Shown piece after piece: positions 39,281 through 52,978 of a DNA stretch of 64,000 nt. A program made the position numbers and the translations under genes. The stretch is from Octopus sinensis. Lineage: Eukaryota. The DNA lies in the NCBI RefSeq assembly GCF_006345805.1, contig NC_043011.1, positions 3,844,001-3,908,000 of the forward strand. Direction: 5' to 3'. Each line of letters starts with the position of its first letter. Within the stretch, counting starts at the first letter, position 1. The notes beneath the pieces were generated by a model. That model was not told where the DNA came from. It saw only the letters and a program-made list of their open reading frames with translations, and searched no databases.

Positions 39281-40599
39281 TCCCACTTTGTTTTTATTTC
39301 TGAAACACAGGTTGACTGAAGGATGTAGAATTATGTTAACAATTATCCTAATTAATGTGTGCATGCATGCAGGTATGTGTGTGTGTGTTGTGTGGTGTGT
39401 GTGTGTTGTGTGTTGTGTGTGTGTGTGTGTATGTACATATAATCAATCTTTGATATATACATAGATATATACAGAAATACATTATGCCCAGCCTTACATT
39501 CCTTATATGAACTCACAGAAATAAAAAATATATTTTGTATGTTATGTAGTATAATGTGGTTTATGGGTGTGTTTTCATGCTTCTGTATATGTATGCATGT
39601 AAGTATAGTGTTTCATTTTATGTATGTGTGTGTGTGTGTGTGTGTGTATGTGTTGATATTTATATATATATATATTAATATTTATATTTGAATGTTAAAT
39701 TTGGGTTTATTTTAAAGAAATTTTAGAAATAACAACAAAACATTTGTCCATCTTATACTCAATACTAACAATAGAGTAAAATTCATTTTAAAATTAGTTT
39801 TGGACTGAGTCTTCAAGTTTCACTTTAAGTTATTGGGTGAAATTTTGAAGGCCTTACAAAATTGACATTCACAATAATAAATAAATATTTTCTTCATATT
39901 TTAAAATGTATTAAGTCCTCTACTGGTAAGCTATCTTCTTAATTGCTTTTGTTAAAATTAAATTCTCAAAATGCGACAAGATATTGGATTCTGTATTATA
40001 TAACTTGGGACTCACAGAGAAAATAAATTTAACGTATGGAGAGATGCTCAGAAAGGCAACACTTTATTATCATATTTATTGAAAATATGATGAATACTAT
40101 CTCCAACTTTGGGACTACAACTAGCAGCCGTATTAAATAACTGGTTAATCTTCAGATGAATTAACTGAGGAAACCTTTTATTCATGATCGTAGTGATTTT
40201 TGACTGAAACGTGAATTTAGCATGCAGAGAGTTACTACAAACAACATGGCTGGACACAAAATCAACAACAACACAATTGAGGAACAGAACAAAGACAACA
40301 GTTCAACAGATAAACAAATTCTTTCTGGCTATAGTTATAGAAGAAACCGTAACTACAAACCTCATTTCTTTTGAAATTATGAATTGTATAATAATCTATT
40401 TAACTGCTACGAAAAAGCAAAACAAAACCCTGCTGTTGGCTATATGAATCAATTGAAATCATGGAGAGAAATCTGCATCCAGAATTAAATCATTTTACTG
40501 TGAAGCAACTATGCCAACATGCAATATTTGTAGAACATAGAAAGAAGCTTAGTAACTGTAACTTTATTAAATAGTCGAAAATTAACCTTCTTCTTCCCA

Positions 40600-41580
40600 A
40601 CTCTATAAACAAAAATGTGAATGATATAAGACCACCATGTGGTTTCACAGCTAGTGACATTCCAACAGATTCCATAGTGTCAACCAGCTAAACTACATTA
40701 CTGGCTCAAGTAACTGACCATGGATCAAGTGACTGACCATCATCTCCCTACTACGACTATGGTAAATAGCAGACACAACCACAACGATTATTGTAGTAGT
40801 AGTAGTAACAGTAGTCAGGATTATATGACGGTGAAATGTGTCCTTACTGAAATAAAGACAAAATTGATCCTCAAATGCAGAACCACCCACATGGCAAAAA
40901 ACTACTGTCCAATTGCATGCCAGAACTTAATGTATAAAATATATACAGCATGTTTAAACCTCTTGCTCCAGGACCATTGTGAAACCAATAACATTATCAC
41001 AGCAGAACAAGCAGCTGGAAAGAAGGGAGTCTGGGGATGTACCAAGCAATTGTTAATCAACAAAACTGTGATGTCAGAGGTGTGAGAGCATAGGAAGAAC
41101 CTAGTTTCAATGTGGCTAGACTACAAGAAAGTCTTTGGCTCTGTTCCCCATTCATGGATGCTAGAAACTAAACACAAAGAGTTACTGTATTATCACTGAT
41201 AACACAGTATTGCAAAAGCATATTCCAAGGAGACAGCCTCTCTGTGATGTTGTTTATACTTTCTGTAAACCCTTGTCATTCATGTTAAGCAAGTCTGAAT
41301 GATATCTCACTGGTTCACATGGAAAAAGAAATACCAAAATTACACACAGTTTCTTTGTGGATGACTTAAAACTCTATTCAAAGAATATGCATGCGATGAA
41401 AAAGAGCCTTGACCAAGTTACAACATTCTCAAAGGATGTAGGATTGGAGTTTGGTCACGATAAATGTTGTTATATGGTTGTGAAAAGGGAGAAAATTATA
41501 AACCAGACTAGTAACATTTCTGTGATTTAATTGTTTCCCCTGTATCTGATGAGGAATGTTACATGTCTAGGGATGGATGA
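40600..41580 (+). mobile_element. R4/Dong-type non-LTR reverse transcriptase fragment, disrupted
   Basis: PIACQNLMYKIYT, EQAAGKKGVWGC, WLDYKKVFGSVPHSW, FQGDSLS, FFVDDLKL; may extend upstream to about 40050. Confidence 0.82.
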
Positions 41581-41746
41581 AAATGTATCTTACAATGTCA
41601 ACTGCAAGAAAATTGGAACTGTAAAAATCTGTAAAACTTTCCAGAAGTTGATCATTTAAATATATATGAGCATGTCTAGATAGGCAACTATATGCATGAG
41701 AATACATATGTAAAACATAAAAATCTACACATACATACATATATAC

Positions 41747-41794
<48 letters not shown>

Positions 41795-41797
<3 letters not shown>

Positions 41798-42125
41798 CAT
41801 CATCATCGTTTAACATCCGCTTTCCATGCTAGCATGGGTTGGATGGTTCGACCGGGGTCTGGGAAGCCAGGAGGCTGCACCAGGCCTAGTCTGATTTGGC
41901 AGTCTTTCTACAGCTGGATGGCCTTCCTAACACCAACCACCCCATGAGTGTAGTGGGTGCTTTTTACATGCCACTGGCACAGGTGCCAGGTGAGGCTGGC
42001 CATGACCTTGATCAGTTGGTGCTTTCTACATGCCACTGGCACGGAGGCCAGTCGAGGCGGCGCTGTCAATGGCCACATTCAGATGGTTCTTTTACGTGCC
42101 ACCAGCACTGGTATCACAACTACAA
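41795..42125 (-). mobile_element. (GAT)n-tailed repeat family D
   Basis: CATCATCATCGTTTAACATCCGCTTTCCATGCTAGCATGGGTTGG...GTAGTGGGTGCTTTTTAC. Confidence 0.8.
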
Positions 42126-42136
42126 TTTCCACGCAT

Positions 42137-42173
<37 letters not shown>

Positions 42174-42311
42174 CATACATATTATATTAAATTAGAGACA
42201 AAACCACTATTAGGCAAATCATACAATGAAAAACTTAAGCCAATACATAAGATTATTTAATTTATATTATTTAAATATATAACAAAATTATTAAAAAAAT
42301 ATAATTAATAT

Positions 42312-42380
42312 AACACTACGATCGTTTCATGGCTGTTAATTTCTTTAAATTTTCGAGTTACCGTCATTCATCAGGTGGTT
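42312..42380 (-). ncRNA. Type I hammerhead ribozyme with canonical core and extended stem II
   Basis: Minus strand AACCAC-CTGATGA-ATG...CAT-GAAA-CGATCG-TA-GTGTT; palindromic ACGATCGT stem III, GUA triplet. Confidence 0.75.
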
Positions 42381-42457
42381 TAAATATTTATCTTGGCGAG
42401 GTTTAAACAAGATAAATATTTAAACCACCAAGGTTATATTTCACAACAAGGTTATAT

Positions 42458-42732
42458 TCGATATATTCGAGTGTTGTAGTTTCTGTCATGTCTCTGATGT
42501 GTGGTTACATGTTCGAAATGTAATTAGGTATGTTGTCAACAGACATCCTACCTGATTTGTCAGTTGGGAAGCATACAATCTCTCTGTTTTTGACGCATCA
42601 AAAACAGAGAGATTGTATGTTTCCCACTGACAAATCAGGTAGGATGTCTGTTGACAACATACCTAATTACATTTCGAACATGTAACCACACATCAGAGAC
42701 ATGACAGAAACTACAACACTCGAATATATCGA
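42458..42732. repeat. Foldback of the truncated RT 5' end (about 136-bp arms, CGCA loop at 42594-42597)
   Basis: Arms differ by one substitution and one indel; a separate 22-bp hairpin lies at 42374-42429. Confidence 0.95.
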
Positions 42733-45563
42733 GAACGAAAAAATCGTTAATGCTCACATGGGGATGTGGAGTATAATTCTCCAGTCGGAGAAGCGCACAG
42801 CTAACAACTTCTTAACCACCAACAACGAAATCCCACCCCTATATGGCCTTCGCAAAGATCACAAGAGCCACACGGATCATATACTTGGGCCACCCACCCG
42901 GCCCGTTTGTGGTGCCAACAATGCAAACAACCACAAAATATCATATTTTCTCTCACAATTCCTACGACCGTTAATAGAGCTATCTGCGGATGTATGTGAC
43001 AGTACTGAGGACCTCCTTAGCAGGATCCGCGAATGCAACAACACGTGTGACCTCAAGAACCACATCGTGAGTAGCATGGATGCGGTATCACTATACCCCT
43101 CCATCGATGTAGACTTTGCTGTCGATAAATGTATAGAAATAGTTAGTGAAAGTGGTATGATATTTAAGAATGTGGATGTATATGAACTAGGGCTCTTCCT
43201 GGCCCTGACGTGTACGAATGAATACCTGTCGCGCAATAACCTTCTATATGCTTGTTCCACCCGTAACAAACGCGGTAGACCACCTACCATTACCTCAGCA
43301 TACAGGAAGACTCACTGTGAGCGCTGGCAGGGATGGACAAAGCCGGACTACCCACGGTATGGTGACACAAACATTTTAAACAGTGCCTAGCAAACCGTAA
43401 CATCCACTTGGCTATGTACTCTCGTTACGTCGACGACATTAACCTTGTTGTGAAATATAATACAGACACAGTTATGGGCCCTCTACCAAGTGAAGAACAG
43501 GTGATGACATCTATACAACACATAGCTGACTCTATCCACAGCAGTATAAAATTTACCTTAGACTACCCCTCTAAACACCCCAGTAAACGATTACCCGTCC
43601 TAGTTACTGAGCTATGGATGGAAAATGCTATGGTTAATGGAACCATTAAACCCTGTATACTCCACTCACACTATCAGAAACCGATGGCTAATCCACTAGT
43701 AATCCGTAGTGACTCAGCTATGTCGGATACTGCCAAACTCAACATCCTAGTGGCAGACTTAATTAGAGTAATGAGGAATGTATCACCACTATGCCAACCA
43801 CAAGAACGACAACAACACATCCAGCACTACATATTCCGAATGCAACGCTCCGGATACACACAAGACGATAGAGTCAGGGTGTACAAAAGAGCGAAAGCTA
43901 GATTCGAACGCATTCTAAGGAACGACGAAAACGGTATGCCCCCTATACCGCAACAAGTTCTGGAATAGGTTAGAGAGGGACACCAACAAAAGGATGAGAA
44001 ACGTTACTTGGTACGATAACAGGAGATTTCACGGAGTAATGTTCGTTGACCCCACACCTAAGAACGAGCTAAGTAAGGCATTCAAGAAAATCCTGCGCAC
44101 TACAGGCCTAAAAATTAAAGTTGTAGAAAAGACAGGTAGGACTATCAAATCGGCATTATGCAGATCATATCCATTTGATAGAATCACCTGTCAAAGTAAT
44201 TGTGCAGTATGTTCGACAAATCCACATGTAAATTGTAAAACCAAGGGCACTGTATACCAGATTAAGTGCCAGGAGGGAGCTTGCGCGACTAACCCAGAGT
44301 CATACATAGGTGAGACTTCTAGAAGCATCAATGATAAGTTCAAAGAACACCTGGACAACTACATTGAAAAGAAGCCAAACTCCATCTTCTACCAACATGC
44401 TGTAGACTGCCACAAGGGATCCTTAGGGAAACTTAAGTTGAACATCCTATCAACACATCCCACCGATGCAATGTTGAGACAGGTCACAGAAGCTGTTTGT
44501 ATACAAGAATACAAACCTACTCTCAACCGAAAGTCCGAATGGAGTAACATCCAGATCCCATTCAGAAGGACTATTCTATAACCACTCCCCTCTCTCTCTC
44601 TCTCTTTTACTTGTAGTCCTTACATACAGGTTGCAATGCCTATGTGCAGTTATATATAACAGTATGAGCGTACGTTGTTTGATACGTACAGTTGCACTTA
44701 GGCGTTGTATCCATTCACAGTTAGACGGTGATGAGAGGAACAAACACACACCCACACATATATATATATGTGTGTGCGTCTATACAAATATATATGTGAA
44801 TATGTATACAACCTTCAGCAAAGTAACAGTCATGTACACAACTTGGACGGACACATGCCAGTACACGGACATACGTTCACATACACATACACATGTACAC
44901 ACTCTCACAGACACGTCTGCCCATTCTCCTAGACATTCACATACATACGTAGCACATGAGTACAAACATACATACATACCTACGTATGGGCATACACACG
45001 TACATACGCACGTACATGTACGCACACACATACATGGGCACATGCATACGTGCGCGTATACATACATAGGCACATGCGTACGTATGTACATACACACATA
45101 CATACATACATGCATACATACATACATACATACATACATACATACATACGCACATACATACATACATACATACGCACATACGCACAATAGTAAAACAAAA
45201 GTTCTGTGATATAGAGATAAAGATCTGATAATAGGTTTTAGGGTATAGTTTTGGGAGTAAGGGTCGTAAATCACTGCCAGGCTTCGGCCGGAGGAAGTTG
45301 AAATTTGATAGTATTGTGATGAGTGGTCACTCTACATCTATCCATCGCTACAGGTTTATAGCTTTATGTTTATAGAGTGTATGTGCGTGCATATACACAC
45401 ACATACATATATACATACATACATACATACATACATGCATACACAGGCGTATGTACGTACATGCATACGTACATACATACACACATGTATGCATACATAC
45501 ACACATACATACGTACATATATATGACGAACTAACTGTTACTTTCTCAGATGCAGCACGCATT

Positions 45564-45613
45564 TTTGTCAGTGAACAGGTCGCAGATTTTAGCGACGAAA
45601 ATATTTTGACAAA
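45564..45613 (+). ncRNA. Candidate hammerhead ribozyme with G3:C8 core
   Basis: TTTGTCA-GTGAACA-G-GTCGC(AGATTTTA)GCGAC-GAAA-ATAT-T-T-TGACAAA; stem I 7 bp, stem II 5 bp, palindromic AATATT stem III; lies in a half copy (45551-45705) of the 56-kb foldback element. Confidence 0.62.
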
Positions 45614-45690
45614 TTAAACTTAAATGTTGAAGTGAATCGAACGGCTTTTGTGTGTTTCTTAAATGGCTTATAAACACCTTCCACGCTGCA

Positions 45691-45725
<35 letters not shown>

Positions 45726-46344
45726 GATAGGATTTTTTTTTATTTCCATCTACCAATTCCATTCACAAGGATTTTGTAAATTTGGGGCTATAGTAGAAGA
45801 CACTTACCCAAGGTGCCATGCAGTGGGACTGAGCCTGGAACCATGTGGTTGAGAAGCAAAGAGGCAAATTTCTTATCACACAGCTATGCCTACTGCCTTA
45901 ATTTTGCAAAATTCTACCAAAGATCTCAATGAATGAATAATTTAAAGCAACATAAATTAATATGAATTAATATAAAGTTATCTTGTCTGACTCATTGGCT
46001 GAGTTCTTTAGAAAAAATGTGCAAAGAAAAATATACATTTTAGTATTTTGTAAAGTATTTCTAATTTATAGCTCAAGGCATAAATAGTTGCTAAACATGT
46101 TAATATGGTTTATTTTAGATTGTCTATACTCAAAGAGAAGAGATTTGAATTCGAAGACATTACATCTTAATATATACACCTTGTGTCATATGTAGTCTAT
46201 TTTGCAAGTTTATATAACTTAGTTCAATTGAAATATTTTATATCTTCCTGTTGTGAAGGTTCTCATTGTGTTTTAATATATAGCTAGCCACTAGAAACAC
46301 ATGCACGTCTTAAGAATATAATATATAGTTATATCTATGAATAC

Positions 46345-46427
46345 AAATACTAATATAATATTTATTTTGATATATATATACACATAACAATATTAATATA
46401 TATTTATTTTGATATATTTGATATATT

Positions 46428-46459
<32 letters not shown>

Positions 46460-46512
46460 ATTATATATATATATATATACACATAACAATATAATATATA
46501 TTTATTTTGATA

Positions 46513-46557
<45 letters not shown>

Positions 46558-46581
46558 AGAGAGAGAGAGAGAGAGAAAGAG

Positions 46582-46630
<49 letters not shown>

Positions 46631-46669
46631 CTGTAGACATAACAATATTAATATATATTTATTTTGATA

Positions 46670-46731
<62 letters not shown>

Positions 46732-46763
46732 ACAATATTAATATATATTTATTTTGATATATT

Positions 46764-46821
<58 letters not shown>

Positions 46822-46890
46822 TATATATATATATATATATATATCTGTAGACAACAATATTAATATATATTTATTTTCATATATTTATAT
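46345..46890. repeat. Compound minisatellite: ~40-bp unit separated by variable (TA)n/(GA)n
   Basis: ACATAACAATATTAATATATATTTATTTTGATATATTT recurs about 6 times. Confidence 0.85.
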
Positions 46891-47859
46891 TTGCTTTGAG
46901 TTGCTTTAATTCACTTGAACTATATATGATTATCTGAATATATATATATATATATCTGTGTGTGTGTATGCATTTATTGTACGTATGTGTGTGTATATAT
47001 ATATATATATAGTGACAAATGTAGAGTAGTCAGACTCAAATCTCCTGAGCTGGCAGTTCACAATCATATTCATTTGATCAAATCTTTTCTACTTGCAAGA
47101 CTGTTGAACAGCTGTAGCATAGGAAGACACTGGAATGTGTGTATGTATGTGAGGGATAGGGGTAGTAAGTACTTGTATCATGCAATTCATTTTAGACTGT
47201 TCAATAATATAAATATATATATATATATCTTCATACTATTGCATGTCCTACTTCTCTTATCACTCTCTCTTATCACTCTCTCTTATCACTCTCTCTAATC
47301 ACTCTCTCTAATCACTCTCTTTTCCTCTGTTTTGCTCTACATATTTTGTACATTGACATTTTTGCCTGACATATCTTCATGTCTTCACAATCTATCCATT
47401 GTGTCATCAAGGCTGACAGTTTAATGCTGGGTATCCAGACAGAGTATTATCACTGACAGCTCTATTTATAAGTGTCATTGTCTTTTTGGGTTAAAACTGA
47501 CCATTATCTGAAACAACAGACTTGATTGCCAAAGTTCTCAAATTCTATTGAATCCATCGCTAACATTGTTTGCCCGAGGTAACAGATACATAACATGGTT
47601 TTTTTTTTCTTTGTATCATTTCAAACAAATATTTTTTTGTAAAAGCAACCAAAGTAAAAGCAAAGTTCTAGAAATTTAGTGGTTTTGTTTTACAGCCATC
47701 ATTGCAGATACAGCTTTTTTGTTTGAGACAATGTAAAGTGTATAGGACTGCATTATTGAATGCTTCCCACTTGTTTTTAAGAAGGTAAAGTGTATTTCAA
47801 AAGAGATTTAGCTGCTATTTCAAGCAAATACACAATGACATAAAAGTTCTCTGGCCTCA

Positions 47860-48415
47860 AGTCAGCTCTAAGTGAGCAGAGCTATAAACAAAGGCATTCT
47901 AATCATAATACTCTCCATCAGGCATTTGCCATATTCTGAATGCCTTACTTCTCTGGGCATGGACACATTGAAACTCCAACATTTGGCAGCTGACTTGGCA
48001 GACACCCATAAAATTATTAACCATCTTACAAACAATAACTCTGAGCACATTTTCAAACTCCACCTGTCTAACACCCGTGGACATGTTTACAAAGTCAGAA
48101 AACAGCATAGCTCCCCCATAACTTTAGGAAACATTTTTTTCATGCTAAGAGTTGCTGAAGCATGGAACAAACTGCCGGCATCAGTTGTTAGTTGTCGGAG
48201 CACTGCATCCTTCAAAACTTCCATGCTTCCTGAGATTCACCAACACTACACCTGATTTTCCCCCCTCCATACACATGCAAGCATGTATCTGACTCATGCA
48301 TTGTTCGCTTTCCAGACATTTGTACATTACTGCATAAGCTTTATATGCACTTTTGACAAGTTGTGGTGCACCTGAGCACTGTATACAATAATTTCATTAT
48401 TATTATTATTATAAT
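47860..48415 (+). mobile_element. CR1/L2-type LINE 3' end with (ATT)n tail
   Basis: LPYSECLTSLGMDTL, TRGHVYKV, FFMLRVAEAWNKLPASVV. Confidence 0.82.
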
Positions 48416-51400
48416 CATCACCATTTTATTTTCAGGTCCAGTAAATCAATTATCCAGTTCTAACTTTTCTAAGGTGGTAAGGTGATTTGAGAAAGATTTG
48501 ACTGTTGTCAAGAAGCTCTCTCATTACCTTATCTAATATTGATTTCTTACAAGGCCTCAAATTTAGGGGAGGCATATAGTCAGTTATATCACCTCCAGTT
48601 TATGACTGGTATTTCATTTTATTGACCTGGGATAGATGAAAGTAAAATCAATATCACAGAGATTTGAATTTAGGCTTAATTAGCTGCTGCTAAGAGCTTA
48701 ATTAGCTGCTGCAGTGCAGCTCATTCAGTTTTCTAATGACTTTGCCTAATCCAAAGCCCACTCATTGCTAGTAGTAGAAGCTTGTGGGAACACTAGACTA
48801 AGTACAAAGCAGTTATTTAGTTGCACCCTTAAGCATTCCAAGTTCACATACCAACATAGTATTGTCTTTTATTTTTCTAGTTTCAGTAAATTATTTATCA
48901 ATCATATTTTGGGGTAGATTTAATCAGCTAAGTTTTCTGCATTGTTTGTGGATTATTATGGTGCCAATGTAAATAATTATTATCAAGAGAAGTAATTTGA
49001 TCTCATTACAACCATAATGTTTGCTTCTCCCACACATTTCTACTAATGATTTCTTAATAAGACCACAAATTTTATGGTGGTGAGGAGGATACAATAAAAA
49101 AAAATACAAAAATTATAATAATCTCAGTTTTTCACAGGTTCTTATTTTATTGAATTCAAAAGCAAAGAACTTATCAAGATTTGAACTTAAAACATAAAAG
49201 CTAAATATCGCTATACATTCTGTTAATTCTGTCAAGTTCTTCACTTAAAGTTTTTGAATTTTTAGTTATGCCACATAGAATAGTAGAGTTTTGCATTGTC
49301 TTTACTTCTTTCTGTTGGATTATAAAAAAGCTACAGCAAGTGAGAACTGCTGTGTCAATAAACCAATTAATCAGTCTCTGACTTTACTTCCATTGAAGGG
49401 AACAGACTCAGCAGAAATAGAAGATTGCCAGGATTAAATATCAATTTTTACTTTCTCTTTGGTTTCGTATTTTTTCCTTCAGTTCATTAATTTGTTTTAG
49501 CCATTATGACTAATGCCATTCTGGAGCACTACCTTTCTGTTGTTTGTCTACTAAAGCAGACTTCAATTTTCACGTCTCCCAGATTAATGGAATAAGCAGA
49601 ACATATGATAGCTACACCCACGCCATTCCCTAATATACTAAGTTCAGGAGTCAGCCAACTTCAACCTCATAAACCAGCAAAAACTATCTTTATGTCAAAT
49701 CAAATCAAACATGAAAATCAAACATCTTTACTTTCACATGTTATTGTATCTTCTCCCCGACTCCTTCTCCATCCTTCATTCACAACTGAAAGTTCCAGTT
49801 ATTGGAAATTCTGACATTCTATTTTCATATTTTGACCTAAGACAAACAACATGTCAAAACCATATTTTTATCTTTCTTCATATTGCTTTCAGCTTTTATT
49901 TTAATGAAACAACGAATTCTACTCAGAAATTGTCTTAAAAGGGTTTAGGTTTTTATTTTCTTATTCATGTAATTGTTGCTTTTTAAAGGGGAAGGCAAGA
50001 ATATGTGTTTTTTTTTTTACTTTTTGTCTATTTTTCAAAGGGTGCCATGAGTATCCTTTCGGTTTTTGTGAATATGGTTCTATTATTGTATATTTTTTCT
50101 TTGTTTCTTTTTATGATTCCTATCTTTATAATTTTCTCTTCAATTTTTTTTTTCTTTTTTCAAATAAATATATGTTTTTGAGCGTAATGGGCGAAAAGCT
50201 GTCGTTTTCCACCTGACAATCATCATGCAACCGCCTGCACACACACAGAATGATATATTAAAGCAAACTATGCATATTAATACTTGTCTGTGTTTATGTT
50301 TAAGTGTTTAACCTTGCTTTCATGTATATGTGTACATGTGTGTGAGTGTGTATGTGTTTATACATTAGATAGAGAGAAACAGATAGACAGATACATATGT
50401 ATGTGTGCATAAATATATATTCTTCCTCATCAGCATCAGCATCCTCACCATCACTATTTTAATGTCCACTTTTCAATGCTTGCATGATGGTAATTCTCAT
50501 TTACAACTATCACATAATGTCTAGACAAGGAGACATTAACACACAAACACACATTTATATGACGGATTCTTCCAGTTCCCATCCATCAAATCCACTTGTA
50601 AGGCTTTGATCAGTCTGGGGCTATAGTTGAAGACATTTGCCCGAGATGCCATGCTGTTGGACTGAACCTGGAACCATGTGGTTGGTAAGCAAACTTCTTA
50701 CCACACGGCCACACCTGCACCTAATCTGTGTGTTGTGTCCTTGAGCAAGGTATTTCATTTCAGTTTGTTCCTCTTCTGCAAGCTGTAAATGATAACCAGC
50801 AGCAGCAGCTTAGGTTTTACCATAAGGCGAACTAGTGTTTTGTCCAAGGAAAAAAACCCACAAAGGCAAACCAGGAAAAAAGTCCTTAACACATGTAGTA
50901 AAACTTTATTTTTTATTTATGCAAAGTTGATGATTGCTACTTTGAAATTCCCATGTGTCTGATTATCATGACTCTCTGGAAGATGGTGCACAAAATAGAG
51001 GCTGGTTCTTTTTCTTTCAGTGGTTAGTAGGAAACAAGGGGCAAACTTCAGTGCCCAGTGTTAGTTTCCTTATATACCTGGCTTCTGTAGATGAGTTACT
51101 GGTTCATATTAGGTACCAAGTCACACTACAGTATGCATAGGTGTCTTTTATGTTTTTATTTGTTTCAGTCATTAGACTGTAGCCCTGATGGGGCACCACT
51201 GCCTTGAAGAATTTCTAGTTGAATGAAAAGACCCCAGAACTTATTTATTATTATTTTTTTAAGCCTGGTACTTATTCTATTGTCGAACCACTAAGTTATG
51301 GGATGTAAACACACCAACACTGGCTGTCAAGTGATGGTGGTAGATGGAAAGTGAAAGAAGCTATCATGTGCGCGCATGTGTGTGTGTGTCTGTGTGTGTC

Positions 51401-51739
51401 TGCACATGCCTCACCACAACCGTTTGACAACCAGTGTTGCTGTGTTTACATCCTTGTAACTTAACAGTTCAGCAAAAGAAACCATCAGAAAAAGAAGTAC
51501 GCTGAAGTTAATTCATTTGACTAAAATTCTTCAAAGCTATGCCCCAGCATGGCCACAGTTAAAGGACTAAAGAAAGTAAAAGATTGAAGATAAAGAGGTG
51601 TGTGTGCATGCATGTGTGTGTGTGTGTATGTGTGTGTGTGTGTGCGTGTTAATCCAAACTCCCTTTCATCTGATCAACTCAGTTTTGAATGGCTTACAAC
51701 TGTATAAAATGTTTTATCGTACCAACTTCAGCTTATTCA

Positions 51740-52440
51740 TTTGTCACATGCATTTTAGATGTGTCTGATGGTATTGGAGACGTAGATGAAGTCCCCATGG
51801 ATATATATTTGTAGGCTGTTTGCCTTTTAGCAGATCTTGCACTTTTCTGGGCTATGTTAGCTTTGCAATAACTCTGTATATTTGAGACATAAATTGTCAT
51901 ATTTGTGCATTGATTTTGTGGTTTGACATTTTAGTACACCATGATCTCAGCTAGCAAAAATGCAATTAAATTCTACTTTTTGTTCATTTTTTTCTTTCAG
52001 TACTTTTTTCCTAACTGAAGAGTAGGGATCTTTCGGTATCCATCTATGATGGAGTCATCATCTGTTGCCATGGTTTTGCATTCCAAGCTTAACTGTTGTG
52101 ATTATCAAAGAGGTTCATGTGAATTGATAAATAAAAGCCAACAAAGTAGAATTAGATGGTTTTGCATTTATCTTGATTATTGATATTGTTTTACCAGTTT
52201 GGGCTCACAGCTGTGTCTTCTCACACATTTAGGATTACGAAGCACTTTATACTTCAGTTAATTCTGTCATAGATTATTTTGCTAATGAAGCCATACTTTT
52301 TCTTTACAGTAGAGGGCATTATAGAAATTTCCTTTGTAGTATTTTAGTTTTTATCAGGGCTTACTTTTAGCTAGGCAGTCAGAGTTTGTTTTGTTTCCTT
52401 ACATTCATGTTCAATATTTTGATATAATCTGTACTGATGT
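51740..52440 (-). pseudogene. Decayed Penelope-like RT fragment (a different subgroup from 42.7 kb)
   Basis: Stop-riddled frame GFISKIIYDRIN..EDTAVSPNW*NNINNQDKCKTI*FYFVGFYLSI and RSLLFS, resembling ISKxILDxIN..WFxxIxxKxxCxFIxFDIVxFYPSI. Confidence 0.5.
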
Positions 52441-52583
52441 ATTGATATCAGTTTAATTGTAAGACTTAAATTATTCTGTTTTGCACTGAGAAAAATAGAT
52501 GTTTCACAGATGCTGAAAACTTGGAATACTTTCAGATGAATGCTAAAACACTTTTGTCTGCATATTTCTAATGAGAAACAATA

Positions 52584-52978
52584 TACTCTTTACTCTTTTA
52601 CTTGTTTCAGTCATTTGACTGCAGCCATGCTGGAGCACCGCCTTTAATCGAGCAACTCAACCCCGGGACTTATTCTTTGTAAGCCCAGTACTTGTTCTAT
52701 CGGTCTCTTTTGCCGAACCGCTAAGTGACAGGGACATAAACACACCAGCATCGGTTATCAAGCAATGCTAGGGGGACAAACACAAACATACACGCACACA
52801 TACATATATATACATATATACGATGGGCTTCTTTCAGTTTCCATCTACCAAACCCATGCACAAGGCTTTGGTCGGCCCGAGGCTATAGTAGAAGACACTT
52901 GCCCAAGGTGCCACGCAGTGGGACTGAACCCGGAACCATGTGGTCGGTAAACAAGCTACTTGCCACACAGCCACTCCT
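52584..52978 (-). mobile_element. SINE family A, full length
   Basis: Same as the 35.4-kb copy; other partial copies near 6.35, 19.75, 45.75, 50.55, 55.96 and 62.06 kb. Confidence 0.85.

Larger units (their letters stand above)
42311..44581 (+). mobile_element. Penelope-like element (Neptune-like): RT + GIY-YIG with inverted terminal pieces, disrupted
   Basis: LYGLRKDHK, PPTRPVCG, SMDAVSLYPSI, YSRYVDDI, YQKPMAN, CQSNCAVC, TVYQIKC..SYIGET; three ORF pieces in different frames. Confidence 0.9.
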
